From the NCBI RefSeq assembly GCF_009914755.1, contig NC_060932.1: a stretch of DNA of 64,000 nt; one strand, written 5' to 3'. Below, in pieces: positions 62,957 through 64,000 of this stretch (within the stretch, counting starts at the first letter, position 1; every line of letters begins with the position of its first letter). The stretch comes from the human T2T-CHM13v2.0 reference genome, Homo sapiens. The notes beneath the pieces were generated by a model that saw only the letters and a program-made list of their open reading frames with translations, was not told the DNA's origin and made no database searches. The position numbers and the translations under genes were made by a program.

Positions 62957-63582
62957 CTACAGTGTTGAAGTTCCACTCTACTGCTGATGAGTCTCACGAT
63001 TTTGGGCAAGTTACTTAACCTAGCTGTGGTCTCCATTGTTTCATCCATAAAATATTAGACCCTATTTCACAAAGCTGTTGTGAGAATTCAGAGACAACAC
63101 ACATATTAATACAATGTGCTCATTAGCACCCAGCACACAGTAAATGTTCAATAGTCTCACTGCATGATAACATTCTGCTTATCTGTTTACAGTCTCCATT
63201 AAACTGATCTCCCTGGGGTGGGGACTGGATCATATTTCCTAGCACAGCCCCAGGACAAGCACTGTGGCTAGCTCACAAGAGCTTAAGAAACTGTTGAATC
63301 AATGAATAAATGGACACATGACTGTGTGTATAACACATGCAAGGCACTGTGCTCAGGAACACAAGGGCAAGGCAGCCATGCAAACTATCAACTCTAATAC
63401 AAATGCTAAATAGATGTTCTGGTAATGTGCTGTACAAGCACGATAGAGGGAAAAATTAACTCTGACAGGAAAGTGCACTGAAGAAAAATACTGATGGAAA
63501 CACAGGAACAAAGACAAAGGAACAAAGATATAAGAGAAAATGGCACAAGCCACGACAAAGAGGCTTAGAATGCATGGTCTAG

Positions 63583-63732
63583 CATGGGCATCCGGCTAAG
63601 TTCGCCACCGGGATCCACAGACCCCTTGAAACTGAATGGAAAACTGAGTGACTATGTACCTTTCTAGGGAGGCAGTCCATAGCTGTCTGTTCCTTGAAGG
63701 GGTCTGAGGTCCAAAAAGATGAAGGGCCCCTG
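63583..63732. mobile_element. hAT-Charlie relic (Charlie4z-like) within L2-like sequence
   Basis: cagaccccttgaaactg ... gtccatagctg ... gaaggggtctgaggtccaaaaagatgaagggcccctg. Confidence 0.55.
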
Positions 63733-63734
63733 TG

Positions 63735-64000
63735 ATAGGGTGTTGGTCATGGGATAGGGAGGGTGGAGGGAGAATGAGGAGGGGTCATCAGCGCAGAGTG
63801 AGCCCAGCTGGCCGAGGGTTAGCATACCAGTTGGCAGATAGTGAGCTTTATCATGTGACCATTAATGGGGGTCCTGGGGAGTTTTCAAAGAGGGAAGAGG
63901 GGTGATCAGATCTGAACTAAGGAAAGAAAATCCATCAGCAGTAGGGAGAGGAGGAGGTCAATGGAGGAGTTTAGGGGGAGAGTTGAAGAAGCCAGCGGGA
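63735..64000. mobile_element. L2 LINE fragment
   Basis: gagctttatcatgtg ... gagttttcaaagagggaagaggggtgatcagatctg. Confidence 0.6.

Overview
This is primate (most likely human) euchromatic non-coding DNA, not a prokaryotic or viral locus. It holds about 32 Alu/FLAM copies (roughly 9 kb, many with readable target-site duplications), old L1M, L2 and MIR fragments, hAT DNA-transposon relics (MER30, MER58, MER5, MER33, Charlie4z-like), a three-level nest of MaLR LTRs, microsatellites and a 23-bp minisatellite. I see no CpG island and no recognisable protein-coding exon. The supplied ORFs are Alu-derived or chance ORFs, so no gene symbol is assigned; the window is most likely a large intron or intergenic DNA. 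I found no evidence for a new multi-gene biological system. The most notable structures are: (1) an Alu flanked by a ~350-bp direct repeat that looks like a giant target-site duplication (29360-30370); (2) a tailless tRNA-Met 5' fragment with a 19-bp TSD (13840-13920); (3) a perfect 25-bp inverted repeat bracketing the nested LTRs (54855-56052); (4) a ~95-bp dispersed duplicate 3.17 kb apart; (5) four near-consensus RFX X-boxes; (6) a few exon-like cassettes. Repeat subfamily names and the boundaries of old repeats were assigned by eye from remembered consensus sequences and are approximate.
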